From Octopus sinensis (taxonomy: Eukaryota): DNA of 64,000 nucleotides. The stretch lies in contig NC_042998.1 in the NCBI RefSeq assembly GCF_006345805.1, positions 14,198,001-14,262,000 on the forward strand. The letters are read 5' to 3'. Below are positions 1 to 14,649 of this stretch, in pieces; the stretch's first letter is position 1; every line of letters starts with the position of its first letter. Below the pieces are notes generated by a model. The model was not told where the DNA came from, searched no databases, and saw only the letters and a program-made list of their open reading frames with translations. The position numbers and the translations under genes were made by a program.

Positions 1-175
1 GTGTTTCTGGTGTTCTCTATTGTATGTGTATGTGAGTGTATGTGTGTGTGTGTGTTTGTGTGTGTGTTCTGGCATATATGTATATTTCATACAAGATTTA
101 GGAGGTGATGGGAAGTATATTTTTAAAATGATAATATGTAGAAAATTGTTTTAAATTGTTTTTAAGTACCTGTTA

Positions 176-1260
176 TTATATATTGGTTGTGGGTGGATCT
201 TTACTTAATTGTGGTTTATACTTGCTGATAAATTGTCTTTCTTTATTCAGAGTTTGTGGCTGATTGAAGGAATCTGAGCACTTGCAGAGGGGAAATATTT
301 TGAAATTAGATAAGACCATTCCTGCACAAGTTGCAATGTGGCTGCTTAAAGGAATTTTTCTTGTGCATTTTCTCGGATCTGCTGGCGATGGGTCATCATT
401 CTGTTGCATAACGATCCACCCGTCTGGCCTATGTAATTATATTGGCAACCATTGCATGTGATTTGGTAGATCAGGTTTTTCATGTTGCACGTGAGATTAG
501 ACTGACTGAGGTTTGGCAAGTTTAAATTCTGGTCCCTCAATTAGGTAAAGGTAAGTGTCGCAGTTTGTTCTCTCACATTTTATGCCCGTTGTGTTGGGGG
601 TTTCTTTGTGTGTACTTGCTCCGATGACCATGGGTTTTTGTGTTTGGGCTACCTTTTGCTTTTGATGATTTGTTGTCTCTCTAAGATTTTTCTCATTTTT
701 TCATTTGCAAATAACATGGGGAGGTGTCTCTGGGTGTGATCAAATATTTCGGTGTTCTTGAGATTGAAGGTTGACACGAATGGTAGGACATTTTCTTTCG
801 TTTTTGTTTTTGTTTGTTTTTTTTCCATTTGATTGATATCCATTTCTTTTGCCTTGTTTATTCCGTTGGTGATTATGCCAGGGGGAAGGATCTTTGGATA
901 AGTGTGTCTTTCAGTTCCTCCTGTCATTGTTCACGTTTGAATGGTTCTGATAATATGGTACAAATTCGCTTTGCCAGGTTGAAGAGAATGTTGAGTTTGG
1001 TGTGTTTCGGGTGAGATGACGTGAAAAGTTTGTACAATATGTCCGTTTCTATATTCCCATCTTGGTTTTTGATTAGGATATCTAGAAAGGCAAGTTTTTT
1101 GTGGGGGTTAAACTCCATTGTGAACTAGATGTTATTGCTGCGGTTGTTTATCATGTTTTTGAATTCAGTTAACTTGTCAATGTTTTCCTGCCATAAAATA
1201 AAGCAATCATCTTGGTATCTTTTCCATTTATTTCTTAGTCGTGTATGGAACGTGTCACTA
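176..1260 (-). mobile_element. Penelope-like retroelement, 3' half (RT C-terminus plus GIY-YIG endonuclease), frameshifted
   Basis: Minus strand encodes KWKRYQDDCFILW (RT YxDD, ~1200-1230), LAFLDILI...TDI, then KNLIYQITCNGCQYNYIGQTGGSLCNRMMTH (GIY-YIG) and C-terminal KERQFISKYKPQL, split over several frames. Confidence 0.9.
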
Positions 1261-1303
1261 AATATTAGATGATGATTTATCATGTCTAGGTCGTCTCTAT
1301 GTA

Positions 1304-2380
1304 TCAGGTCATCCTATGAGTTCTGTCCAAATTTTTAATAAAGAAAACAAAAGATCAAATGTCATATTTAATTGAAAATTAATCATCAATGTACTTTTCC
1401 TGATTATCTATGACTTACTTTCATCTATTTACAAGCTTTGTAATCCCATCAATGTAAAACTCTTTTGGTTTCAAAGCGAAGAACTGTAAAATGTCAGTTT
1501 CGACCTCCTCCTGGCTTGCGAAAGTTATCTCCCGCAAATGATCCTGTAAACTATGAAAGAAATGGTAGTCTGAAGGAGCAAGGTTGGGAGAATATTGTGG
1601 ATGAGAAATTTTTTCCCAACCAAGGTCTTCAATTTCTGTGATATGATCTTTGCAGTGTGGGGTCGCGCATTGTCCTAATGAAATATCACTCCTTTTCGAT
1701 TCTCTAAAGTGGGTCATTTCTTTGTTCAAAGCTTCGTTGAAACGCTCTAATTATTGACAGTAGACTTGAGGATTGATTGTTGCATTAGGTGGTAACAATT
1801 CAAAGTGAATTACTCTTGCGCAATCCCACCAGATATAGAGAAGAACCTCTTTTCCATGAAGTTCCCTTCTCGGTTGTGGTTGAGCTTTTTCCCTTTTACG
1901 AAGCCACTGTTTACGACATTTAACATTTCGATAGAAGATCTATTTTCCGTAACCAGTCACAAGTCTATCCGAAATGGGTGAGATGAGTTCGCGGGAATGG
2001 AGAGAAGAGCAGATGTCAACTCGGGATTTGCGGTTGCTTTCGGACAATACACGAGGCACGCATTTTCCAAGTTTAGTAACCTTTCCAAGTTGTTGAAGAT
2101 GACGATGAACAGTTGTATGGTTTTGAGCTGACCTTTATTGTCAATTCTTCGACTGTTAATGCAGAATTTTCTTCAAGTAATGCCTCAAGGAGCTTATCGT
2201 CGAGCACAACTTCACCTTCAATCTTCATCTTCAAGGCTGAAATCTGCGCTTCTGAATTTTGAAAAAACATATTCTGCAAGTCCTTTCATTCAAGCATTCT
2301 TTCCCATAAACTGAGTGTATGGTTTGAGTCACTTCGGTTGCAGAATTTCCTTTTTTTATACTCATAAAGCATTATGTGCC
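1304..2380 (-). mobile_element. mariner transposon relic, transposase pseudogene with 3' TIR
   Basis: HPQYSPNLAPSDYHFFHSLQ (mariner YSPDLAPSD) in ORF 1421-1729; HTH-like LLEALLEENSALTVEEL; TA then TIR tcaggtcatcctatgagttctgtcc at 1304, matching the TIR at 52141-52165. Confidence 0.92.
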
Positions 2381-4966
2381 TTAATATATTCAACGTATAC
2401 CAGGGAATTCCCAACATAGATCCCGCGATTAATGTGCATTTACTGTGGATGACGCTAGGTAGCCATAAGTGGTGAACGTACTCTGCCGGCTTACTACTAG
2501 GGATACAACCAAAATACGGTTTGAATACTAAATTTAAGATTTTAATGTTTAAATCTAAACATTACTTATAACTTATATAAAAACACACACTCATACACAT
2601 GCATATGCATATACTTATACAAACACCAATGCATCAGACATATCGCATATATTACATGACCTCATTAACCATCATTACAACACATTATGGTATTTTCTTT
2701 ACGCGAAGATATGCCAGTTGAAGGTATATTATCTTAGAATAGAGGCATATGCCTGATACTAAGGAAAAAAGGACTTTACAGTAGCTTGCATACAAATAAC
2801 GCACTGGTCACTCTGGGCATATTTTTCTTGTGGCACCAACTAGGTTTTACATATGATATTAAAGAGGATAGCCATCAAGATCATAACTTTGTCTTCATAA
2901 TAACTAGTTTTCCGCCATCACACTATTTCTTTTGCTGTTCTATCCCTATCGGACTCCATTTTCATGTGGTGGTTTGGGCAGAGAGAATGTGAGTCGTTTT
3001 GCTTCGCTTAGCCACAAGTCAGTAAGATCGAGTAGGCTTACAATGAAAACATACCAGCCGTAAAAATACATTTTACACGTATTATGCAATACATTGTGAA
3101 ATGAACTCGTCTTTGTTTAAGAATGGTATGATTTAATTTGTAGTACATTTCACAGTTATTTCTAGCAAATAGGTCGACAGACTAGGGACTCTTCCCTTGT
3201 CTACCCGTGGTAATAGTGTTGATGATAGGGAGTTTTTTTTTATAGTGACGGTTATATTAGTGGTGAGGCTGTGAGTGGGCGATATAAGCTGCATTTTTTA
3301 GCATCTGCACAAGGCATAGGCCGAAGTAATTTTGCTATATGAACTGCTTAATACATTCTCAACTTTATAGAAGAATCTTTCTTCTAATTTGATCAGTGAG
3401 CCATTCTGCCATTTTATATCAACTTATACTTTGATGGTCTAAGCCGTTAAGGGTTAAACATATTATTTAGACAGAGAACCATTAATTGGTTCAGTGTCTA
3501 ATTGACCTTTATCCTTTTGACACTGCCATGCAAAATCTTTCGCCTTTTTCACATAATTCACATTAAGCTTCATATATTAAATCTACTGGTGCGTTTAGTT
3601 AATTTTATGGATTGGCAGTTACACTTCTAAATGAAGCGCTATACTAAAGTATGGTTACTGTTAGATATAAATAGTTAGTTAATAAGTAGTTAGAATAAGC
3701 TTTGAGGGCTGGAGAATAACCGAAATAATGCTGTTGCAGTCTGCGCTAAGAACTATTTATCTAGTGATTGTGATAATTTTCTTTTACAAAGTATGATCTC
3801 TTGATAACTCATCCAGCCCCCGGCTGTGTTGACTGCTGTACTTCTGAACAAATTGCCAACGTCCAGATGCAGTGGAACCACAAGTGATTTCAGTCTGGAA
3901 ATATAGAACAAGAATATGTATAAGAATTTAGTTATATTTGTCATATTAAGTTCAGTGCAATCAACCAAAACAGAAATTGGCAATATCGATCATTAGAATG
4001 AACGACAAATCTAATGAATTGATTTGCTGCCGATTTTTGATTCCCAAGTGCAATACTTTTTTGCTTCATATCATAACGTTCTTACGATTTCCTGTTCTTA
4101 CACTTTTATGATATGTATCTCGTTTTTATTGTTTTGTTTTCTTTTTACCTTCCATCAGTAGATAAGGCAGATGCAGTCATTGATTCATTATGTGTTTTGT
4201 TCTAAAATGATTTTAAGACGCCAGTTTAACTAGCAACTAAACGTCTGCGTTTTTATTTTAATTAGTTGGGAAATTTTACTTCACTAGGAAACGAAAATCC
4301 TACAAAGAGTTTATAGAATTCAGGAAGGATAATTCACAAAATTTATTAAAATAGTTCATAACAAAACAAAAGCAAGGTTTTTTTGTGATGGCATTGTTCA
4401 ACAGCAACTTATTATCATAGCTACCATGTTGGGAATCAACTCCACTGAAGTTCACCTTGTAACCCGTCTCTCAACATTGTATTACCCAAATTCTGCGTTA
4501 GTGTTCGCTTCCTTTTTCATGTAGATGTCGATCAGGAGATGTCCCTGGTCATTACTGGACACCGATCACACTAGTCTTGGAAGGAAGAAAAAGCTCTTCG
4601 ACGCAGTTTCATTCCGACTAAATACAAATACAAACATATTTATTACAGTGATGTACGTGACTGCCGTTTAAGAAACCGTGACAAAACCTGACAATGTTTT
4701 ATGTCCCCATTTTTGTTTTCAAGAACAGTTTGATCAACGGCGTTGGGTAGCTTAGAGTTCATTCTTGTAATCGAGAAACAGTTACCTAACATAGAAGACT
4801 AGAAGCAATCTGAATACTGGAAAAGAGTTACCTGTATCAGGCTGACTTTCGCCGAGTGTCAATATACCGACACAATAACTACGGCTCAATGCTCCGTTAA
4901 CACTGTAAAGGCTGTAAGACATACATCGACCACAGCAACGGAGAACACAAACCCGTAGACTTACTC

Positions 4967-5416
4967 ATGTATGAGCGTGATGAAGCTTATCTACCAACTG
5001 ATGAAGAGAACCTGAGGCTGAATTCAGATCGCCATGTGAAACTGCTCCAGACTATGGTCAAAGCCTCCTTTGAGAGGGTTGCTGCTGGAAAGCCATATGT
5101 GTTTGTATGGCAGCTGGACTCGTCACCTTGCTATATTTCCGGAAAGAGTCACAAGTCGTTATCGGAGAGTTTTTACGTTTTCGCCAGTCCCAGTTTCTGG
5201 TCTCCTAATTCCTTGATTGTAACCCACAGATTACTACGTGTGGTGCATGATAGCGAAAGACATCAACCAGTCTGCATGCAACACAAAGCGAAGCTGGTGG
5301 TAAAGATAATGGAAGTGTTTGAAGATCTTCCCAAGGACGCCATGACCAATAAATGCGCCATGGTCTGGCGCCGTCTTAAGGACGTGGTGGAAGCTGGGTG
5401 CGGCTACTTTGAGTAA
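4967..5416 (+). mobile_element. Tc1/mariner-superfamily (DD37D/maT-like) transposase C-terminal fragment
   Basis: VWQLDSSPCY...FWSPNS...RRLKDVVEAGCGYFE resembles QQDSAPxH...WPPNSPDLNP...RLxAVIxAxGGYFE. Confidence 0.8.
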
Positions 5417-7921
5417 TGTGTTATCTCTCAGCCATAATGTAGTTGATATCGTTTGGATTTTTTAACATAATTGTATTTTGGGGCGATATATTGTATTTTC
5501 TTTTCTTTTTATGTAAACTGTTAAATTCAGTCAGAACACAACCGTATTGCGTTTATTTGTTGTATTGTTTTGTTCAACAGCCTGCGTATGTTTCAGAAAG
5601 CACAGTTCGTCAAATGGCATAGAAGAGTCAATTTAACTAAATGTATTCCTTCTCTGCAAAATAGGATTTCTACATAATCAAAACAAACCAATTTTGTGAA
5701 CAATAAAATTTTTCATAGTTATTTTCATTTTAGTAGTTTTCCCAAAGTAAATGACGAGAAGTAATAACTAAGAGACACAGTTAAATTTTAAATCTTTGTT
5801 ATATAACTCGTTGCAAATAAAATAAAATAAGCAATGTTGAAAACAATTTTTGATGTCATACTATTAAATTGCTCAATTTTGACATCAAAATAAGTTATTG
5901 AAGTAAGAAATTACAAATTGTTCTTCCTATATTATTGATTAAAATAAATTTTACGTCTTCCTAAGGAATACTTTGAGATATACATCAAATAACCGTGCTG
6001 TAGAGTATAGATTTGGTAATAGAAAGCTAAACAAAGAAGATTATGTATTCAATTTCAGTTATAATTTGTTGCACAAGACTTACGAGATACACAGCATTGT
6101 CTGTATTTTTCTGATTACGTTATTAGCGATGCTGTTTAGATTTCAATTGTAATGAAAATTGTTGTAATATATCGCAATATGCTTTTGTAATTTAGTATCT
6201 TCAATATTTTCTCTTTGCATCACACAGTAATTCACATACAAAATGTTCAGTGTTCTCGTATTGCTGTATTTATATTAGTTTTTTCTTCTTTCATATCAAT
6301 ATGTATATATTTATAGGGACAAATACACAATATCTTACGACTAAATTCAAACGTGTTTTATTTTACATTATCAGCGTGTTTTTTGTAGCTTTCATCATAC
6401 TTTTGTACTCGTAAAATAAATGTCAACATTTTGTGGATAACAGAGAAAGAGAATGGGTAGAAAATTATTGTTGCAATTCTTTAACATCAAGTCAACTCAG
6501 AAGCGGGAAAGATACTATCGGAACTGGCTTTATTTCGAGAAGACAAAATTAACGTGACCTTCGTCTTTTGAGATAGTAGCGTGTAATTTCAGTGAAATTT
6601 CGCTTTGCGACTATCACAAGGGGCAAAGCGTTGAGACACTTTTAGATAAATGTAAATGGGTTATAAGATTATATGATATTCCCTCAGGCATTAGCAGCAT
6701 AAAGTAAAAGGTTTTGAAATGGTTCAACATGGGACTCCCATATAATAAACATATGTGAATGTATGTGTAAGTGACTGAGCACCATTTTGTGTGTGTGGGA
6801 ATGAGTAAGCCTGTATGTCTGCATGAGAGAGTAAAAGAGTGTGTCTTTTCATAGGAGTGATTATGTGCATGAGTAAATGCTTATGATAAGTGAATGAGAG
6901 TGAAAAAACTTACATTATATAACTATTTCTCTATTAAAAAAAAACACAGCAACAAGGCGACTAAACGTAATCATAAGAGACTGTGAAAAAATAATTCTGT
7001 GTGCATATTTTTTCTCGTGTCATTAATGATGAGTGTGAAATAAATTGCTTTCTAACTAGAATTTAAATCGGCACATGAATCCCTCCTGCAGTGACGTTAC
7101 TTAAGTTATTTTCCTCTTGTTCGCATTAATGGTGTTTTCCTTTATCTGAATTCTTTTAGTGGAGTTTTTTTTTTTTTCTAGCGAACTGAAGACAGTCGGC
7201 CATTAAATCTATGATGCAATATCACATTAAAACATGCGTGTATGCATGCACGTACATGTTCATGTATATATGTGTGTGTGTCTGTCTGTATTTGTACGCA
7301 TATGCATTTATAGAGTGTGGGAGGGAAAGAAAGAGGAAAGAGATAGGAGAGAAAGAAGGAAGGGAGAGAAAGAGATGGAGAGTGAATGAAGTACAGAAAT
7401 ACCTGGTGAAAGAAAACTATCCTAATTTGTAAGGATCGAGAAAAAAAGTTCATTTAAAATGTCTATATACGAATTTTTAAGCATACATTTTAACAGAGAT
7501 TATGTCTGTCTCTCAGTTACAGATGCATACACTGATGCATAGACAAATACATACACAAGCAACATCTTAAGTATCCGTATTGTTTAACAAATGCTTTTCT
7601 GGTTACTTATGTTGTTTAACTCCATGTAAATGCTAAACGTAAAACCTATGGTCAAAATGCTTAAACCGTGACCATCTCGTTTGTTTTTAAGGTTATAATG
7701 CATAAAAAAAATCTACAGTAAAGTGCATGCTTTTCGCTTTTTAGATAATTCTGTTTGATTTGATTGTGACTCGACTGCTGTTTCGGGCATGTCAAACAAT
7801 GTCAATGCTCTCCTCGATTTTTGGGTGTTTGTGTTAGTATTGATATTTTGGCACATTCCAGGCCTGATCATGCAAGACATTGGCCAAAGATCTTATTTCA
7901 GATAAAGTGCATGCATGACTA

Positions 7922-8651
<730 letters not shown>

Positions 8652-9477
8652 GCATTAAAGAAAGAGCAATAGGGTGTGGTTTTAAAGTGATTTTTATACT
8701 TTTACTCGGAAGTTCATTACTGACCCTGGCCTCTGGTCCATCGTTTGGTTTGGATACATGGCAATCTGTAACAGCTTACTGATTTTATTTTGAGTTGTGG
8801 ATCAGTTGGAATAACTTTGGCGATAAGCTAATACGATCTACTTAAGTAATCTTTTTATTAAAAGAATGAGTTGGCCTTAGAAAATTAATAATCGCAAATA
8901 CACCCAGTTTTATCTCAACCGATTGTCCATCATAGGCAAACCGTCTTTAGTGTTCATCAAAGGCAATCCAAATTGATTTCCTCCCCACATTTTGCTTTGA
9001 TCTGCTGCTGTGATACATTACTGAGTATCAATATTTTATTTTCTTAAGTTCTGTTTAACCTTTTATCTCTAGTGATATCTAGCATTACTTCTTGATATCG
9101 TAATAGCTAGCTATGCGTTGAGTGTTTTTCTCGATAACAATTTTGGAGAAATAACGTTCTTTCTAACCCCGTCTTTCCAGAATAATATATTTCTTCAATA
9201 TTTAATGTCTTTAGTTTTACATTAGAGTGTATTACAAATAATCTTATTATCAAGAGTTTAAGGTTTTAACGAATCAATTATTCATGTGATGAAAGTTTTC
9301 GCTATGCTGCGAAGATTTAATTTATTTTCGGAATCGGTTGTATATTTGATATTACAGAGGAGGAGGACGCTAAGCAGTGTTAAGTAAAATTGCAATGTTA
9401 TTATCAGTCCAAATATGCTTGATGTACGTTCGAACTGGGGAAGAAGCTACTCGCTGCGTTTTGTCCCAGGGATAACA

Positions 9478-10227
9478 TCTCGCTTGTTGACAAGTGTATT
9501 TTTTTTCGTTTGTTCCTTCTTGAGCCATGCATGGCACATAAGGATCGTTTTCCCGGTTTCCTTGGCCTATAAGTTCCCCACCTGGACAAGAGACGCCGGT
9601 CTGTCGCAGGTGAGCTGCAAGATGCAGGAGGAAAGAGTGAGAGAAATTTTTGGCGAAAGAGTCAGCAGAAGTTCGCCATTACCTTCTGCCGGAGCCGCGT
9701 GGAGCTTAGGTGTTTCGCTCATAAACACACATCACCCGGTCTGAGATTCGAACCCGCGGTCCCTCGACCGTGAGTCCGCTGCTCTAACCACTTGGCTATG
9801 TGCCTTTACTTGTTGACAAATGGTGTGTATACTCCTAGATCAGCTCACAGCTCCATCTACCTAAACTGTGTGATGCTAGCATTTCAGAGGAGTTATCTGC
9901 TCGTCGGTCACAGACGCTATACAGACGACACTATGGGTTTATTAAGAGATTATCTTATGCTTTCCAGTCACCGTACGATTACTAGCAGCGCTATACGGCG
10001 GTTCGCCGTAAGTTACAGACTCTAAGCGCCGTATAGCGCTGACAGTCATCCTACGATCACTAGAAAAGTATAAGAGAGGTAATCTCTTGATTTGCCTTGT
10101 AGTGCCGCCTGCTTAGTATCTGACCGATGAGGAGGCAACGACTCTGAAATGTTAACATCCCACAGTCTAGGTAGGTGGCGCTACCAGCTGATTTAGGTGT
10201 ATACACACCATTTGTCCACAAACGAGA
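9478..10227. repeat. Foldback/MITE-like palindrome (~200-bp diverged arms) with a SINE inserted near its left end
   Basis: 9813-10000 is a degenerate reverse complement of 10027-10221; perfect 15-bp inner stem cagcgctatacggcg/cgccgtatagcgctg; arm resumes left of the SINE (tctcgcttgttgacaa). Confidence 0.8.
9494..9808 (-). mobile_element. tRNA-derived SINE (family B) with ~11-bp TSD
   Basis: A/B boxes (tagccaagtggt, gggttcgaatctc) on the minus strand; cttgttgacaa duplicated at 9483-9493 and 9809-9819. Confidence 0.85.
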
Positions 10228-11939
10228 AATACTGCTTCCTAACACTTTCGTATAACACAAAATGTTTGCTTCAATGAAAGTCCCACGAATTTTTGTTCGT
10301 TCCTCTAGAAATAACAACCAAAACTCTGTCAAATTCAGGATCATCATCTTAAACAATGTAAGATACATTGTTTAATAAAGGACGAGATATTCTTACCAAT
10401 ACCAGATAGTTAAGACGAGAAAACATCCAATCATATGGCTGCTTAATTAGAGAAATTTTAAGCTTCAAATCGACTAAAATCTACTCCATTTACGATTCTG
10501 TAGTCATTTCTTTGGATTTTCATGTACAACCAATAAACATTCAATTACTTTACATTTGATGGGAAAGGATTATTCATACAAGTCGCATTATACATGTGAT
10601 TTTTACATTTAGTCATCAAATAATTTGTTTGAATTGAAAGGTGTTTGATTTAGATATCATAAAACTAGCAGTTAAATATTTAATGTTCTCTTGGCATTTA
10701 CTTTTGTGAAAGCATTGTTAATGAAACTAGCATGATAGTCAAGTTAGCGCAAACAGAATTGACAGAGTGACAGTCAAACGTCTAATTAGAAGCAATTTTG
10801 CAAGGAGTTGAAAATTAGGGCAATGATTAATATTGTTTTAATAATTTTCCCACTTACAGAAAGTAACTACTTACATGTTTAAGGCAGATTTAGCCTCCCC
10901 AGTGAAGAATAGATTTCATGGTACTTCAGGATAATATATTTAATAGTCATAAAGCTCATAAGTTATACATAAAACGGTAAAGAGAAAATACCTCTCCCCA
11001 TAAGAAAGGAATTCATCTAAATGTAATTCTTATTTTTCATTTAAAATTACAAAAGTTCTTTCCCTATCAATGTCTAGATTTCTATTTGTCTTCCAGTATA
11101 AAAGTGAAACATTATTTCTTAGATATTTAATATATCATAAATCAGTCCTTTGGCATCTTAAAATACATGTTAAATATTCCAAATCCGTTATGGCTAATGC
11201 AGTTGATATGAAGTACTATTGCGGAACAGAAAGAATATCAACAACTTCGATTACTAATTTTGTTATATTATAATTCTCATGTTGTCACCAGGACAAAGAG
11301 CTACAAGCATATAACTAAAATGCCATTTGTTTGTTGATTTTATTTCTGGAATTACATAATGAAAAGTTTTGAGAAGAGTAGAAAAACATAACAACAGCTT
11401 ATTCTCTGCCGCTTAATTAATATCGATATTTTTGAAACGCGCAACAATCTTGATAGAGAATTCAGAAAAGAAAGCAAATAAAAATACGTATGAAACTTTC
11501 ATTACGAGAAGGTCTTCAGGTTTCCATATGGGAATTGGCTAAAAAATTGTTCTACGAAAACTAATCTTTAATATGAAAATATTTTCCATTAAATTTTCTG
11601 TTCTCTAAAGCTTTTGAACAGTTTGACGTAGTACAAAAAGCAAAATACAAGTTCACATATTATCTTCATTATTTTTATTGTTGTTGTTAAACTTATTTTT
11701 CTAAGTTTCTTATTAATATCCTTATTATTTTATGTGTTATATTTAATTTCTAAAATCATCGAAAGGAAATTGCTAAAAGAACCAGAAAAGATTAATTAAA
11801 ACGGCATATGTTAAATGGATAAAACTTTATGCCGAACATGGTAGAACTGAAGTATTGTTTTTCCTCTTTTCTTCTAAAAGGATTGGCGATAAAATTGAAG
11901 TGGTCGATTTAAACAGAGGTGCATCTCTTGGGATGCATC

Positions 11940-12147
11940 TTAATAGAAAACAAGATCTATTTTGTGAGTGAAACAGCTTGTAGTAGTCACAGTAATGGTA
12001 CAGATAAGATTACGTCCAGTGTAATAGGTTGTTAGGTCGTTAAATCGTATGAAGTTACAATAACTCTGTGATTCCTTTGACTTTCCTACTTCAGCTCCTT
12101 CTGAACAGAAGTGCCTTATCATTTGCCAATTAAGTCGATGGCCGCAA
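11940..12147 (-). other. Candidate host terminal coding exon (MATH/TRAF-domain C-terminus-like), unproven
   Basis: Strong acceptor ttcattcttttcag; open frame CGHRLNWQMIRHFCSEGAEVGKSKESQSYCNFIRFNDLTTYYTGRNLICTITV...* in non-repetitive sequence. Confidence 0.3.
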
Positions 12148-12359
12148 CTGAAAAGAATGAACATGGACACACATGAAATTACTGTACACTTTCTACAAAA
12201 GTAATATGGTTCTTTTCTTCGAACATATGTTAATCTTTTTCTACATTTGTAACTATGCTTACCTCCAAGAATATTCGCTGCACAAAGTTACTTCTTTATA
12301 ATCCATACACAAATAGTCTTTGATAATCAAAGCAGATAGACCAGTTCCATAAACAATTC

Positions 12360-12757
12360 TCTTTTACTTGTTTCAGTCATTTGAGTGTGACCATGCTGGA
12401 GCACCGCCTTTAGTCGAACAAATCGACCCCAGGACTTATTCATTGTAAGCCTAGTACTTATTCTATCTGAGTCTTCTGCCGAACTGCTAAGTTACGGGAA
12501 CATAACACACCAGCATTGTCAAACGATGTTGGGGGACAAACACAGACAAGCAACTATATACGCACACATATATATATATACATATACCTATATACGACGG
12601 GCTTCTTTTAGTTTCCGTCTACCAAATCCACTCACAAGGCTTTGGTCGGCACGAGGTTATTGTAGAAGATACTTTCCCAATGTGCTACGCAGTGGGACTG
12701 AACCCGGAACCATGTGGTTGGTAAGCAAGCTACTTACTACAGAGCCACTCCTGCGCC
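12360..12757 (-). mobile_element. SINE family A (tRNA head, CORE-like block, TA/TG linker, LINE-type tail)
   Basis: Reverse complement of the copy at 20751-21162. Confidence 0.9.
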
Positions 12758-13237
12758 CATTTTTAAAACGCGGTAGTTGAAATAATCGAGCAGGATCTTT
12801 AACCGAGAACAAAACTGTAGATGTAACGTCTGAATGAACGATGTCTGAAAAAGTTGAGACACAAGGGTGTTGTGATTGGATAATACTTAATGTTGTTCTT
12901 CTTAACAATGAAGCGAACTGGCAGAATCATTAGCGCAACTATCAAAGTGCTTAAGGCATTTCTCCCGCTTTACGTTCGGAGTTCATATTTCGCTGCTATC
13001 TGCTATCGAGCTCAATAAAATACATAGCCAAGAATTGGGCTCGATGTAATCAACTTGCTCCCTTCTTTATAAAACTGCAGCGTTGTGTCATTAATTTTTG
13101 TGGTTATTATTGTTGTTGTTGCTGCTGTTGTAGTAGTAGTTGTTGTTGCTGTTATAAAGTCTGAGACCTAACACAATCGTTAACACATGGTTCAAAGTGA
13201 TTAGCGGCATGTGTTCAGGCACTTTTCTTTTAAGTTC

Positions 13238-13401
13238 AGTGGCAAGAGAGGAGGAGGCCGTCCAAGAACCCGCTGGCTTGACACCATCAAGAGTGATACC
13301 GGAATGGACATAGCCAGTCTGAAGAAGCGGCCCAGGATAGAACTGACTGGAGGACACTGATACAACGAGTGACCGAGAGTCGACTTCGACTGAGCGGATA
13401 G
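13238..13401 (+). mobile_element. RTE-clade LINE 3' end (ORF2 C-terminus)
   Basis: Encodes GKRGGGRPRTRWLDTIKSDTG...QDRTDWRTLIQRVTESRLRLSG* with one frameshift, the typical RTE C-terminal GRPxxRW motif. Confidence 0.85.
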
Positions 13402-13407
13402 AGAGAG

Positions 13408-13458
<51 letters not shown>

Positions 13459-13474
13459 ATTATTATTATTATTG

Positions 13475-13505
<31 letters not shown>

Positions 13506-13507
13506 CG

Positions 13508-13539
<32 letters not shown>

Positions 13540-14435
13540 ATTATTATTATTACTTATTGCCTTCGTACAGCTTCTAACGATGGAGATGTACTACAGTGTC
13601 AGCTGTTCACTACCAGTGAACGAAATTAAGTACCAGTTGTGTACTGGCGTCGACTAGTCAACTTCCCCTCCCCCAAAACTTCAGGCCTTCTGCTTATAGT
13701 AGAAAGGATTATTATTATCATCGTCGTCGTCATCATAATAATGTACATGATAATAATAACAATATATTAATGCTACAGAAACTATAAAACATAAATGCCC
13801 GTTGAATATGATAAATAACGCCAAAATGTTGAACAAATACATGTTATACAAATGAAAGTTAAGATCTTGTGATATCCATCCTCCGTCTGGTCATGACAAC
13901 CGCAAAAATTAAACCGAAAAACTACCAAACCCTAGGTAGCAGATCTTTGTCAGGGAATGATTTAGTCAGCAATGGTATTACTTTCCTACATCTGATATGA
14001 ATGTATTTGCTCCATAAAATATAAACATCAGTTGGATGGAAAATGATTATAAACATGATTGCAAATATATCATGCAAGAAGTTGTTATATCTTAGATACA
14101 TTCAAAGGTAAGATTAAAGCATAAGAATTAAAAAGGAAATTATTCCTTCTGCTTACAACATACCATGCTAGAGAATTTAGCTTTGAGAGAAGTCAAATTG
14201 GTTTTATTGACTTTTAGTAAAATGTCACAAACTAATGGAACTGCGTGGTGCAATTTTGCAACAAACAGTTTAGTAATTTCCAATTCACACCAGGAGGAAC
14301 GACATCACAATTTCAGCGAAAGTTCCAAAAGATATTGTCTGCATTATATGTGCAAGTGTGGATTTTTGCATCATTGTGTATTAGTACATACGAGCATGTG
14401 TGCGTGTATGTGCGTATCTGTAGACAAATATATGG

Positions 14436-14490
<55 letters not shown>

Positions 14491-14601
14491 TGCATAATAA
14501 CATATATGAAAATGTATGCATATGTATAAGTATACGAGTGTACGTATATGTAAAGAGACACACATATATATATATATATATATATAATATATATATATAT
14601 T

Positions 14602-14649
<48 letters not shown>

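Noticed and set aside
14096-14107. Possible 12-nt plus-strand microexon (cttag|ATACATTCAAAG|gtaaga)
   Set aside because: Such motifs arise by chance in 64 kb of AT-rich DNA; weak pyrimidine tract and no supporting exons
14164-14338. Minus-strand exon-like segment ending ATG|gtatgt
   Set aside because: All three frames from the nearest plausible acceptor contain stops; no recognisable protein
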